Assembly (NCBI GenBank): GCA_964553595.1
Contig: CAZKLH010000001.1
Location: 1 to 36,606 of the forward strand
Length of the DNA: 36,606 bases
Direction of reading: 5' to 3'
From: an uncultured Gammaproteobacteria bacterium
Lineage (GTDB): Bacteria; Patescibacteriota; Microgenomatia; Levybacterales; UBA12049
The position numbers were made by a program, and so were the translations under genes. Every line of letters begins with the position of its first letter. The stretch's first letter is position 1. Positions 1 to 8,679 of the stretch are shown piece after piece. The notes under the pieces were generated by a model. It did no database searches. It was given only the letters and a program-made list of their open reading frames with translations, and was not told where the DNA came from.

Positions 1-1
1 C

Positions 2-922
2 GAAATTCCCATGATTCCCGTATTGGTAAAAAAAGATTTGTTACTTTCTGCAAATGCATTATTTGGTATTGGGGTCTATGGATCAGCATTGCTTGGCTAT
101 GCGCTTTCTGGTCCGTTTTTTATTCTCTTCGGACAAAACACGGTGTTTTTTATTCTCGGTATTTTCTTTTTTGTCGCAGCTGGTTTTATTATGCTTATTA
201 AACCCGATGAAACAAGCCATACACGAATTCAAAAAAATACAAAAAAAATTGTTGGCACGATGAAAGATGAGTTAAAAGTTGCTTTTTCTCTGATTACGAA
301 AACCAAAAGAATTTACTATTCCTTGTTTCTTTTAGCGCTTTCTCAAATTATTGTGTTAACATTGGCAGTTGTTGGTCCTGGATTTGCAAGGCAAATTTTG
401 GGAATTGATGTTGATCAGTTTCCGCTGGTTTTCGCAACACCCGCTGCGTTTGGTATGGTTGTCGGAGGAATTGTTATCGGGAGTTTCTTCCATGGATTTT
501 CGAGGCAGAAAAGTGTCCAGATAGGCATTATTGTTTCTGGCTTGGCGATACTTGCGCTGCCGTATGGATCAAGAGTCACTTCAAGAGAGATTGTGCAAGC
601 TATTAATTTATACCTGCCGCATATAGTTACTATTACTGTTTTGCATCTTATGGTTTTTCTGTCGTTTATTCTAGGATTTGCAAATGCGCTTGTTTTTGTT
701 CCAGCAAATACTGTATTGCAAGAAGAAACATCAGATGAATTGCGGGGGAAAATATATGGTGCACTCAGCGCTCTTTTAGGGATCTGTTCGATTATTCCGA
801 TTGCAATTGTCGGACCATTAGCAGACGTGTATGGAATTGGACGAGTACTTTCTGGAGTCGGTGCTCTTTTGCTTGGCTTGAGTTTCTTTCGGTTGGTTGT
901 CTTTAGAAAGACTCGTATATAA
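2..922 (+). CDS. Multi-pass membrane transporter, probably MFS-type; 5' end cut by the window edge
   Basis: The frame is open from the first bases of the window. The product is hydrophobic throughout with several predicted TM helices, resembling the C-terminal half of an MFS permease. Stop is TAA. Confidence 0.55.
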   Translation, partial: EIPMIPVLVKKDLLLSANALFGIGVYGSALLGYALSGPFFILFGQNTVFFILGIFFFVAAGFIMLIKPDETSHTRIQKNTKKIVGTMKDELKVAFSLITKTKRIYYSLFLLALSQIIVLTLAVVGPGFARQILGIDVDQFPLVFATPAAFGMVVGGIVIGSFFHGFSRQKSVQIGIIVSGLAILALPYGSRVTSREIVQAINLYLPHIVTITVLHLMVFLSFILGFANALVFVPANTVLQEETSDELRGKIYGALSALLGICSIIPIAIVGPLADVYGIGRVLSGVGALLLGLSFFRLVVFRKTRI

Positions 923-925
923 TTT

Positions 926-1639
926 ATGCATCCATTTCTTTTACTATTATTGCTTTTTTGTTTTTTTATTTTTCTGTTTGTGTTGTATGTTATTTCCTAT
1001 GACGATTTTGTCTTAGTTCGGAAGGAAATTTCTGTTGAGCAGCTCTTTAATATTGCATTTCTTACTGCGTTTGTTGGACTTTTTTCATCCCGTCTTTTGC
1101 ATGTCTTGTTTTCTTTTGCGCCAGGGTTTCTTAATCCAGTGGTGTTTGTGCTTTTTCCTTATTTTCCAGGGCTTTCACTCGCTGGTGGAGTATTAGGCGC
1201 AGTATTATTTTTAACATCATATCTTCGGTCTCATAGATTGCCAAGAGGAAGAATAATTGATGGGTTTTCTGTTGCGTTTTTAACGTCTCTTCTTGTTGGT
1301 TTAACGATATCTCGCGTTGCTGATGTAATAAAAAAACGCCCAATTCCGATTCCGTCAATCATTGTAACAACGTTAATCTTTTTGTTTTTTATTTTTTTTG
1401 TTGTTGTATTACTTCCGCGCCAGAGGAGGGGAGAGTTAAAAGATGGAACTCTTGGGTTGTTGTTTTTGCTTTCATTTAGTGTCAGCATCGTTCTTTTTGA
1501 CATACTGCAAAAAGCGGATAAGATTTTTTATTTTTTAGGCAAAGAAGGAATAATTGGTTTGTGCATGTTTTTTGCCTCTCTTATTCTTCTTGTAAAACAC
1601 GAACGCATTATAAAAATTGGGAAAAAGAAACATTTTTAA
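926..1639 (+). CDS. Polytopic membrane protein, divergent Lgt-like (prolipoprotein diacylglyceryl transferase family)
   Basis: 237 aa. The segments FSSRLLHVLFSF and FPGLSLAGGVLGAVLF resemble the GaRl.yv and w.GGl.f.GG.iG regions of Lgt, but the GRxGNFxNxE motif is not conserved. Stop is TAA. Confidence 0.4.
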   Translation: MHPFLLLLLLFCFFIFLFVLYVISYDDFVLVRKEISVEQLFNIAFLTAFVGLFSSRLLHVLFSFAPGFLNPVVFVLFPYFPGLSLAGGVLGAVLFLTSYLRSHRLPRGRIIDGFSVAFLTSLLVGLTISRVADVIKKRPIPIPSIIVTTLIFLFFIFFVVVLLPRQRRGELKDGTLGLLFLLSFSVSIVLFDILQKADKIFYFLGKEGIIGLCMFFASLILLVKHERIIKIGKKKHF

Positions 1640-1645
1640 AACCGT

Positions 1646-2362
1646 ATGGAACCGTCTATTTTATATCAAGATCAGGACCTGCTTGTGTTGAATAAGCCAG
1701 CAGGAATCACTGTGAATAACTCAGACACCACAAAAGGGCAAACCACAGTTCAGGACTGGATAGAAAAAACAGTGCACATTGGTAAGATGGTGCCACTGGA
1801 TGATCCGGATGCGGATTTTTATAACAGGGCTGGTATTGTGCACCGTCTCGATAAGGAGACTTCGGGGATTCTTCTTGTCGCAAAAACTCCCGAGTCATTT
1901 AAAAACTTGCAGGCGCAGTTTAAAGAAAGAAATGTAAAAAAAACCTATGTGGCATTGGCTCATGGAAATGTATTGCAGCAAGAGGGGGAAATTCGCATAC
2001 CCGTTGGAAGGCTTCCTTGGAATAGAAAACAATTCGGAGTTATCCCAGGAGGGAGAGATTCGATCACAAAATATAAAGTTCTTTCGTATCATGAGCATTC
2101 AAATGTAACACTTTTGGAATTATCTCCAGAAACAGGACGAACACATCAAATTCGGGTGCATCTAAAATATTCTGGACATCCGATTTTTTCTGATGATTTA
2201 TATGGTGGGCGAAAAACCGCCAGAGCGGATCGAAAACTATTGCCTCGGCTTTTCCTTCATGCTGCAAAAATTTCTTTTACGCATCCAACAACTGGGGTTG
2301 TTATCTCTTTTGAAAGCGACCTTCCAACAGATTTAAAAGATTTTTTAGCGGGATTGCATTGA
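1646..2362 (+). CDS. RluA-family pseudouridine synthase (no S4 domain)
   Basis: Carries the catalytic motif HRLDKETSGILLVAK, plus LLELSPETGRTHQIRVHL and LHA near the C-terminus. 238 aa. Stop is TGA. Confidence 0.9.
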   Translation: MEPSILYQDQDLLVLNKPAGITVNNSDTTKGQTTVQDWIEKTVHIGKMVPLDDPDADFYNRAGIVHRLDKETSGILLVAKTPESFKNLQAQFKERNVKKTYVALAHGNVLQQEGEIRIPVGRLPWNRKQFGVIPGGRDSITKYKVLSYHEHSNVTLLELSPETGRTHQIRVHLKYSGHPIFSDDLYGGRKTARADRKLLPRLFLHAAKISFTHPTTGVVISFESDLPTDLKDFLAGLH

Positions 2363-2422
2363 TTTATTGAAATACACTTGTTAGTATAAATAGAATCACA
2401 TATTTTAGAAGGAGGTGAGCAT

Positions 2423-2566
2423 ATGGGAAGCTTTGGCGGGTTTTATAAAGGCGAAAAGAAGAAACAAAAAAAAGGCAAAGAAGGCAAAAATAATACTATC
2501 TCTTCTTCTGGCGCTCCTGTATTTACTCTACCCGAACTCATCGTAAAAAAGAAAAAGGACGAGTAG
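2423..2566 (+). CDS. 47-aa lysine-rich small protein, function unknown
   Basis: Below the length cutoff of the ORF track. The ATG follows GAAGGAGGTGAGCAT, a near-perfect SD with 5-nt spacing. A possible promoter is TTGTTA-17-TATTTT at about 2377-2405. Translation: MGSFGGFYKGEKKKQKKGKEGKNNTISSSGAPVFTLPELIVKKKKDE. Confidence 0.5.
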   Translation: MGSFGGFYKGEKKKQKKGKEGKNNTISSSGAPVFTLPELIVKKKKDE

Positions 2567-2601
2567 TGGCTCCATAATCGTAAAACGTTTCTGATTCTTA
2601 T

Positions 2602-3438
2602 ATGCGCAGAAAGAAGAATGTCCAGCCCAACAATCTAAAGATTGTTCTTATTTTTTTTGTTGCCGTCGTTTTTTTAATTGGCATATCTTTGTTTGTCCGG
2701 TTTCTTGCTCTTGTAAAAGAAAGTAAATTTGATGGAGAACATCAATTTAATCTTTTGGTAACGCAACACGCAGTGCAAAAAAATACATCGGTGATTCTTT
2801 CGTTTTCTCCAGATTCCCGCGAACTCTCTATTGTTACCATTCAGAAAAAAACGGACCCTTTGGATGTCGAGAGATTATTAGAAATTCCCATAGATGGAGT
2901 GATTTCTTTTCCAAACGCGTTTCCGGTTTCTTCTGTCTCTTCTCAAAAAGATGTTTCCCTGCTTTTGTATAAAACGATTGCGTCTTATGGATCAATGCAT
3001 ACAACGATTACCTTTCTTGATCTCATACGCCTATCTTTTCTTGCACAAGCTCTTTCTAAAAACGCGGTAACAGCAGGAGCAATAGATGATCAAGCGGATC
3101 AAATGACGGTATTTGCAATTTCTAGCTCACGTTTTATCGATAAAACATTTACATCAGAAAAACTCAGTATTCAAATTATTAATGGTTCTGGAATTTCTGG
3201 GTTGGGGAGTAGGCTTGCCCGGTTTATTACCAATATTGGTGGTAATGTTGTTTCTGTTATTACAGCAGACAATCTGGTTAAAGATTCAACAATTGCTTCT
3301 GACCAAAAAGACTCATACACATTCGAGAGACTCCGCGCTATTTTGGGATTTAGTGAGGCACAGTTGGATAAAAAAGCAATTTCTGATATTATTATAACCA
3401 TTGGAAGCGATTCAGCGAGAATGAAAATCGCTTTTTGA
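2602..3438 (+). CDS. Membrane-anchored protein with a C-terminal LytR_C-like domain
   Basis: Has an N-terminal basic stretch followed by one TM helix. The C-terminal IQIINGSGISGLGSRLARFITNIGGNVVSV...STI pattern is typical of the LytR cell-envelope-related C-terminal domain. Stop is TGA. Confidence 0.6.
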   Translation: MRRKKNVQPNNLKIVLIFFVAVVFLIGISLFVRFLALVKESKFDGEHQFNLLVTQHAVQKNTSVILSFSPDSRELSIVTIQKKTDPLDVERLLEIPIDGVISFPNAFPVSSVSSQKDVSLLLYKTIASYGSMHTTITFLDLIRLSFLAQALSKNAVTAGAIDDQADQMTVFAISSSRFIDKTFTSEKLSIQIINGSGISGLGSRLARFITNIGGNVVSVITADNLVKDSTIASDQKDSYTFERLRAILGFSEAQLDKKAISDIIITIGSDSARMKIAF

Positions 3439-3442
3439 TTCT

Positions 3443-3601
3443 ATGTTTTTTGTTGTTATTATTTTGGCGATTGTGTCTGTAGCTTGGGCTTTTTGGTCAT
3501 TAAAAACAATGCCAAGCGATAAAAGCGAAACGAGTCACGTGAGAAAAGAGCTACTCAAAAAGAGGGTTATATTTCAGAGTAGATCATCTTCAGGAGAATA
3601 A
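3443..3601 (+). CDS. 52-aa single-TM microprotein (tentative)
   Basis: Not in the ORF track. MFFVVIILAIVSVAWAFWSLK forms a clean TM helix followed by a charged tail. The ATG lies 5 nt after the stop of the preceding gene. The 3' end overlaps the convergent TPR gene by 28 nt. Confidence 0.3.
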   Translation: MFFVVIILAIVSVAWAFWSLKTMPSDKSETSHVRKELLKKRVIFQSRSSSGE

Positions 3602-4317
3602 GATTTTCCATCCTCCCGATCTTCCGGGTCTACACTTTTGTGTTTTGAAGAAGTAATAGTGATTTTTTCTGAGAAAACGAGGAGTTTTTCAGAGGAGATA
3701 AACGATGGTTGGTTTTTAAATTTATTTGAACGTTTGGTTTCTTTTATAAAGATTGCGATATGTTTATCTAAAACAGATTTTACATGTGCTTGATATGCAT
3801 TGCCGCCATTAAGGAATTTAATCAGTCGTCTCCCAATGTTGTCTGGCAACATTCCTAGGTAATGCTTGTCGTTTCCCAATATAAACATTTTTGAGCGTTT
3901 GATAGAAAGGATTACCGATTCTCCTGTGCGAAGTTTTGCAATTGTTTTTGGTTCTGCCACATTGATGAGCTCTACTATTTTTGTTTTTCCGGTTTCTTCC
4001 AGAAAAATGTTGCTTATTAATTTTTGATTATTTTGCGTTTGCTGTTTTTCGGTTTGGCTATTTTTCTTTGAAGCTTTTCCTGAGAGGCGAGAAAGCCCAC
4101 GAAGTGCAATCGGATTAAGAATGTCTAATGCTAAAACTTTTTGATATGCAGCTTTTGCATCTTTATTTTTCCCCAAAGCAAAGAGTGCAAAAGCAAGTCT
4201 ATTGAGCGCTTCGATATCTTTTGGGTTTTCTTTAAGAAGTTCTTTGTTAGAGGTTACAGCAGCGTTCCAGTCTCCGAGTAGTGCAGTTTGGATGGCCTTT
4301 GTCTTTAATATTGACAT
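3574..4317 (-). CDS. TPR-repeat protein
   Basis: I moved the start to ATG 4317 (MSILKTKAIQ...). The track's longer version (to 4455) would overlap the divergent yebC-like start. TPR-like repeats include WNAAVTSNKELLKENPKDIEALNRLAFALFALGKNKDAKAAYQKVLALD. Stop is TGA. Confidence 0.7.
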   Translation of the reverse strand: MSILKTKAIQTALLGDWNAAVTSNKELLKENPKDIEALNRLAFALFALGKNKDAKAAYQKVLALDILNPIALRGLSRLSGKASKKNSQTEKQQTQNNQKLISNIFLEETGKTKIVELINVAEPKTIAKLRTGESVILSIKRSKMFILGNDKHYLGMLPDNIGRRLIKFLNGGNAYQAHVKSVLDKHIAIFIKETKRSNKFKNQPSFISSEKLLVFSEKITITSSKHKSVDPEDREDGKSYSPEDDLL

Positions 4318-4443
4318 GTATCTATCTCTTGGGCAAAAGAGACTTCTGCCAAAGCTAAATCTAATTTGAAAATTGAGTGTAATTTTACATCCTTTTGTTG
4401 CAAAAGTCAATATTGCACTGTACAATAGATAGCTATATTCACT

Positions 4444-5205
4444 ATGAGTGGACATTCAAAATGGACACAGATTAAACGACAAAAAGGCGTTGCAGATATT
4501 AAACGCGGTCAGGCATTTACTAAATTGGCGGTCGCAATTACTATTGCTGTACGTCAGGGTGGAGGAGTGGGGGACCCAAGCCAAAATTTTAAACTGCGGC
4601 TTATTGTCGAAAAAGCCAGGGCTTTGAATATGCCTAAAGAAAATATTGAGCGGGCAATTCAACGGGCATTCGGGAAAAGTGGCGTCCTTGTTTTAGAAGA
4701 AGTTGTTTACGAAGGGTTTGCTCCAGGGCATGTCTCTGTTATTGTTGAGGCTGCAACAGATAATAAACAGCGAACAATCAACGAGGTAAAAAATATTTTT
4801 GACAAAAATGGTGGCACGCTCGCTTCTCCTGGTGCGGTTTCGTACCAGTTTGAAAAAAGAGGGCTTATTACCGTCAAAAAAAATGGAACGTCTGTTGATG
4901 ATGTTTTTTTGCTTGCTGCAGATTCTGGCGCACAGGATGTTGAGGAAATGGGGGACGAAGTTGTGGTTTACACCAAGCCGGAGGACTTAGCTGCGGTTAG
5001 AGATGCCCTTGTTAAAAAAATTACTGTTACCGATGCCGAAATAACACGAGTTCCTACAGTTACTGTTCCATTGTCCGATAAGGATATCGCACAAAAGGCC
5101 CTTTCATTTATTGAAAAACTTGAGAGTTTGGATGACGTACAAAAAGTCTACGCAAATTTCGATATTTCAGACGGGCTTTTGCAATCCGTTGGATCAATGG
5201 CATGA
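4444..5205 (+). CDS. YebC/PmpR-family transcriptional regulator
   Basis: The N-terminus MSGHSKWTQIKRQKGVADIKRGQAFTKL is diagnostic of the family. 253 aa. The TGA stop overlaps the next ATG as ATGA. Confidence 0.92.
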   Translation: MSGHSKWTQIKRQKGVADIKRGQAFTKLAVAITIAVRQGGGVGDPSQNFKLRLIVEKARALNMPKENIERAIQRAFGKSGVLVLEEVVYEGFAPGHVSVIVEAATDNKQRTINEVKNIFDKNGGTLASPGAVSYQFEKRGLITVKKNGTSVDDVFLLAADSGAQDVEEMGDEVVVYTKPEDLAAVRDALVKKITVTDAEITRVPTVTVPLSDKDIAQKALSFIEKLESLDDVQKVYANFDISDGLLQSVGSMA

Positions 5206-6014
5206 GAAAAGCACGGCTGCAATTTATTCGTCTTCCTTTCTTTGCTATAACCAAAAGACAAAAGTTTATCCTTTCCGTTGGGGTATTGTCTATTGCTCTT
5301 TTTCTCTCAGAGCAAATATTTGGAAAATCAGGATTTTATATTGCATTTGCCCTGTCAGCTCTCGCTTCTGCTTTATTTCTTTTGTGCGAATATCAGGATA
5401 TTGGGAAAAGCTTTTCTTTATATTTTTTTGCTCTTCCCATTTTTCTCTACACTATAGCAATTGAACTGTTTTATTTCTTAACCCCAGGGCGCATCATAAC
5501 TCGTCTTGCAATAACCATCCTGTATGCAATTGGATTGTACTCATTGTATTTAAGTCAAAATATTTTTATTGTTGCATCACTGCGTACGATTCCGCTTTTA
5601 ACTGGCGCTCGAATTGTTACATTTGTCACAACATTTTTTTCGTACCTTCTTTTAACAATTGTTTCTTTCTCTTTGCATCTTTCATTACCAATCACCGCAT
5701 TGTTAATTTTTTCTTATTCGTTTGTTGCCATATTTCAATCGATTGCGATATCTTTTGAGAAGTCTTTGCTGCGTACGTTGCTCTGGGTTTTTGCTCTCTC
5801 TGTGTGTTTGTTGCAAATTTCTATTGTGATGTGGTTTTGGCCTGCAAATCCAACCGTTATCGCAATTTTTCTTTCTGTGTTTTTTAACACCTTTGTTGGG
5901 CTTTCGCGGGTGTGGCTCGAGAAACGGCTTTTTAAAGGTGCATTGTGGGAATATATTTGGGTAGCAGTAACTGCGTTATTTATTCTTTTAGCATTTACTT
6001 TGTGGCGAGGGTAA
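5202..6014 (+). CDS. Polytopic membrane protein, function unknown
   Basis: 270 aa with about 7-8 hydrophobic helices. It is translationally coupled to the yebC-like gene through an ATGA overlap. Stop is TAA. Confidence 0.65.
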   Translation: MRKARLQFIRLPFFAITKRQKFILSVGVLSIALFLSEQIFGKSGFYIAFALSALASALFLLCEYQDIGKSFSLYFFALPIFLYTIAIELFYFLTPGRIITRLAITILYAIGLYSLYLSQNIFIVASLRTIPLLTGARIVTFVTTFFSYLLLTIVSFSLHLSLPITALLIFSYSFVAIFQSIAISFEKSLLRTLLWVFALSVCLLQISIVMWFWPANPTVIAIFLSVFFNTFVGLSRVWLEKRLFKGALWEYIWVAVTALFILLAFTLWRG

Positions 6015-6090
6015 TTTTTTAAAATTTAACCAGGTAGGGAAGAGGAGTGGTGTATAACCGTTATCAATTAGTAACGTCATCTGCTAAATA

Positions 6091-6099
6091 TCCTATAGT
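6091..6099 (+). repeat. Copy of the TCCTATAGT 9-mer (left end of the 6.0-6.85 kb gap), within TCCTATAgTCCTATA
   Basis: Exact 9-mer. A 10-bp tandem repeat, GATATAGTTt/GATATAGTTa, lies 15 nt further on at 6114-6133. Confidence 0.5.
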
Positions 6100-6548
6100 C
6101 CTATAATTAAAATTGATATAGTTTGATATAGTTACTTTTTTCCCGATGTGGATATCTTTATTTTCACGAGAATAGGGTCGACTTTTCACAGGATACGAAT
6201 AGAGAGGCATGTCTCTTAGGAGGGCGTGCTTCCGCTTCAGCTTTGCCAGATACCGCAGATTACAGGTGTATTCGTAAGTCGAAAAAAATACGAACGGCAC
6301 TCTTCTGAGGTATCCGAAGAAGACTTTCCAATCTTCGTGTTTTCGAGGCTAAAGCATGTAGTTTGGATTGATTTTAGGCGCTAAACTACAATACCTTCTG
6401 TGATACTATATTTGCCATTCGTCTTGATGTTGACGAGCGTTTGTACGTCTCGATGAGAAACTGTTTGCTGTAGGTCATTGTAGATGCCATTGTGTATACA
6501 GCTAGCAGAAGAGCGCTTACTCTCTTGCGAGAAGTTGCAGTAGTGAAT

Positions 6549-6746
6549 CTATGCGAGTTGCTTGTCAGTTGTAAAAAAAGGTTTTATGCCCTGTTGGAGA
6601 AGGAAACCATTAACGTCGTACAATAATACTTTTACGACGTGGTTGTGGCTTGGGCCTTGGAGGAGTGGTTTTTCATCAGTTCTATTAAGACAGAATTTTT
6701 TCGCCAATTTATATTCATGGAATGCGCTCGAATACCCGATGCACAT
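6549..6746 (-). CDS. 65-aa hypothetical protein (tentative; may be a relic)
   Basis: I chose the start at the internal ATG (MCIGYSS...). It lies 7 nt after a TATCTT -10-like hexamer, which is 17 nt from the hexamer abutting a TCCTATAG motif copy. This matches the geometry of the NTase promoter. The same frame stays open beyond two TAG codons. Confidence 0.25.
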   Translation of the reverse strand: MCIGYSSAFHEYKLAKKFCLNRTDEKPLLQGPSHNHVVKVLLYDVNGFLLQQGIKPFFTTDKQLA

Positions 6747-6781
6747 TTCTCTAAAGATATGATAATTTGCAGTCATCCCCT

Positions 6782-6790
6782 ACTATAGGA
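6782..6790 (-). repeat. Copy of the TCCTATAGT 9-mer (right end of the gap, pointing inward)
   Basis: Exact 9-mer on the minus strand. Its geometry (hexamer-17-TATCTT-7-ATG) is identical to that of the NTase promoter. Confidence 0.5.
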
Positions 6791-6852
6791 CTTTGAAGCA
6801 AAAAAAGATTTTTGAAAAGATTTAGCAGAATAAAGGAGATTTTCTGTGAAAG

Positions 6853-8583
6853 CTATTGAGCGAATTTTTCAAGGAGAAGTTCTCGAAGATCCCCATTCAA
6901 GCCATCATAGCCCATGGCCCAAATACCAACACCTTTCAGATTCTTGCGATTAACATAGTCGTATTTTACGCCAAGAGATCTGGTGTTTTCGAAGTGAACT
7001 TCATGGACAGTTTGAGTTGTGGGATCGGTGTAGCGAAACCAGGGAGTTTGCGCTGTGTCATCCCAGGAAATATCATCATTCTGATTCGTTGATGCAATTT
7101 CTGCATACGAAACCATTTTTACATTGTCTGAAGAATTTGTTGGATTTGAGACAGGCCAGTCGTATCCATAATACGGCACAGCAAGTATGAGCTTATCTGG
7201 AGAGACTTTTTCTAAATATCCCTGCATATATCCGAGGATGCTGACGTCGCCTTCCATAGGCGCTACAGGGCCTGGGCTGCCAAGCGGTGTGTGGATGTCG
7301 TATCCCATGATAACAAGGGCATCAACGTTTTCTTCAAGCGCAGTGACATCAAAAATTCCATTTACAGAAGCAGAATTGATGTAAGTATCCACAGTAAGGA
7401 TTGCATGTGGAGATTGTCGTTTTAACTCAGCATTGAGGTTGGTGATAAATCTCGTAAAATTATCTCGCGTTTTTTGATCGGTAGTTCCAACATATTCAAA
7501 ATCTATATTAATGCCATCGAGAGATTTGCTGCTTATAAGTTGCAGCGCATTTGAGATAAAGGTTTTTTGCGCGTCGTCTGACTGGATGAGTGTTTCTATG
7601 TTTTTATTGTCAAAATTTTTTATTGTAAGCTCTAGTTTTATTTTTCGTTTTTTAACCCTGCTTATAAACGTTTGTAATTTTGGATCGTTCCACATTGTCC
7701 ATCCGCCGTCGGCTGACCCGTCGGATTGTGTGGTCACAATATTCCCTTTTCCATCGGTATCAATGCCAAAAAGCGCAACAGAAGTAATTGCATTGAGAGA
7801 CACTTTGTCTTGATCGGCAAGCATCCAGTATGGAAAGAATCCGAGTATTTCTTTTTTTGGAGTGCCTGAGATTGCAAGGGTAACGTTTGAAGCAGGAAAC
7901 GAAAAGATGCGATCTGCATCAATTACTTTGTCGTTGGCAAATACCGGCGAGACCACAAAATTGCCAGACGTATCTTTTTGCTGTGGTTGCGATGTTGCTG
8001 CGACTGGTTGTTTATTAAAATATTGTTTTAAGGCAAACGATCCAAAGATAACTCCGGCAAAAAGAAGCAGAATAACGATAACGACATGCGAAGCAATGTC
8101 TGCCATAAGAAGCTTTTTAACAGCTCGGGATGATTTCGGCTTTTGTGCGTCTGAAAGCGCATCGGTATATATAAATTCATCGACAGGAGAAGGTTTTGTT
8201 TCTTTCAGTGCTTGTTTGAGGTTCTGTTCGATTTCTTGTTTGAGGTCTTGAGACATATGTTGTTTTTCTTTGGCAATATCTTGTTGTAATGCTTTGAGTG
8301 AGTCTGCGAAGGTTTTTTTTGCCTCCAACAACTCGTTTTCTAATTGTTGCTTTGTTTGCTCCATCTCTTTTTTCTGGTTTATAACTTCTTTTGGCGGTTC
8401 TGGCGGTGGTTTTACTGTTACGCCGGCTACTGCAGGTTTGGTGAGTTGACGAACTGCTTCATCGAATTCCTGCTCTGTTATACCATAAGATACTAAGTTC
8501 GCTTGTAGTTCCCTAATGGCATTTTTGAAATCTGGGTTTTGCTGGATATAATTTTTAATCAGACGTATGTAATCGTCGCGCAT
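6853..8583 (-). CDS. Membrane-anchored glycoside hydrolase family 18 (chitinase/YaaH-like) protein with an N-terminal cytoplasmic coiled coil
   Basis: Contains the GH18 catalytic motif DGINIDFEY (DxxDxDxE). One TM helix (HVVIVILLLFAGVIFGSFAL) follows a Lys/Glu/Gln-rich coiled-coil segment. I moved the start to ATG 8583 (MRDDYIRL) because the track's longer start overlaps the divergent recombinase gene. Stop is TAG. Confidence 0.8.
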   Translation of the reverse strand: MRDDYIRLIKNYIQQNPDFKNAIRELQANLVSYGITEQEFDEAVRQLTKPAVAGVTVKPPPEPPKEVINQKKEMEQTKQQLENELLEAKKTFADSLKALQQDIAKEKQHMSQDLKQEIEQNLKQALKETKPSPVDEFIYTDALSDAQKPKSSRAVKKLLMADIASHVVIVILLLFAGVIFGSFALKQYFNKQPVAATSQPQQKDTSGNFVVSPVFANDKVIDADRIFSFPASNVTLAISGTPKKEILGFFPYWMLADQDKVSLNAITSVALFGIDTDGKGNIVTTQSDGSADGGWTMWNDPKLQTFISRVKKRKIKLELTIKNFDNKNIETLIQSDDAQKTFISNALQLISSKSLDGINIDFEYVGTTDQKTRDNFTRFITNLNAELKRQSPHAILTVDTYINSASVNGIFDVTALEENVDALVIMGYDIHTPLGSPGPVAPMEGDVSILGYMQGYLEKVSPDKLILAVPYYGYDWPVSNPTNSSDNVKMVSYAEIASTNQNDDISWDDTAQTPWFRYTDPTTQTVHEVHFENTRSLGVKYDYVNRKNLKGVGIWAMGYDGLNGDLRELLLEKFAQ

Positions 8584-8679
8584 ACTATTAGTATGGCGTT
8601 TCGAAGAGCGTTTTGTCAACCAATTCTGCTGTTTGATAATTGACAGGTGGTGATGTAGCGTCGTACAATAAATCATAGT

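Noticed and set aside
6300-6345. An RNase P RNA P4-like GGAAAGUC element on the minus strand
   Set aside because: Only the 8-mer matches. I found neither the pairing partner (ACAGAA..CGGCUUA-type) nor the other conserved regions. The match is not enough for a call without a covariance-model scan.
6549-6776. A decayed IS200-type Y1 transposase (YHI...HNH spacing reminiscent of YHIV...HxH)
   Set aside because: The HUH motif requires a hydrophobic middle residue, and here it is HNH. No catalytic Tyr region follows, and overall similarity is not apparent.
6740-6780. A tmRNA-like 5' end (GGGGAUGACUGC on the minus strand)
   Set aside because: No complementary 3' acceptor strand (CAUCCCCACCA), no T-arm (GGUUCGAAUCC-like) and no tag reading frame with a resume codon could be found nearby.
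6091-6793. 9-bp inverted repeats (AGTCCTATA / TATAGGACT) flanking about 690 bp, read as terminal inverted repeats of a MITE or IS200-sized element
   Set aside because: A single 9-bp inverted match within 800 bp of AT-rich DNA is close to chance expectation. There is no transposase and no target-site duplication. The repeat is better explained as two copies of the promoter-associated TCCTATAGT motif found elsewhere in the window.
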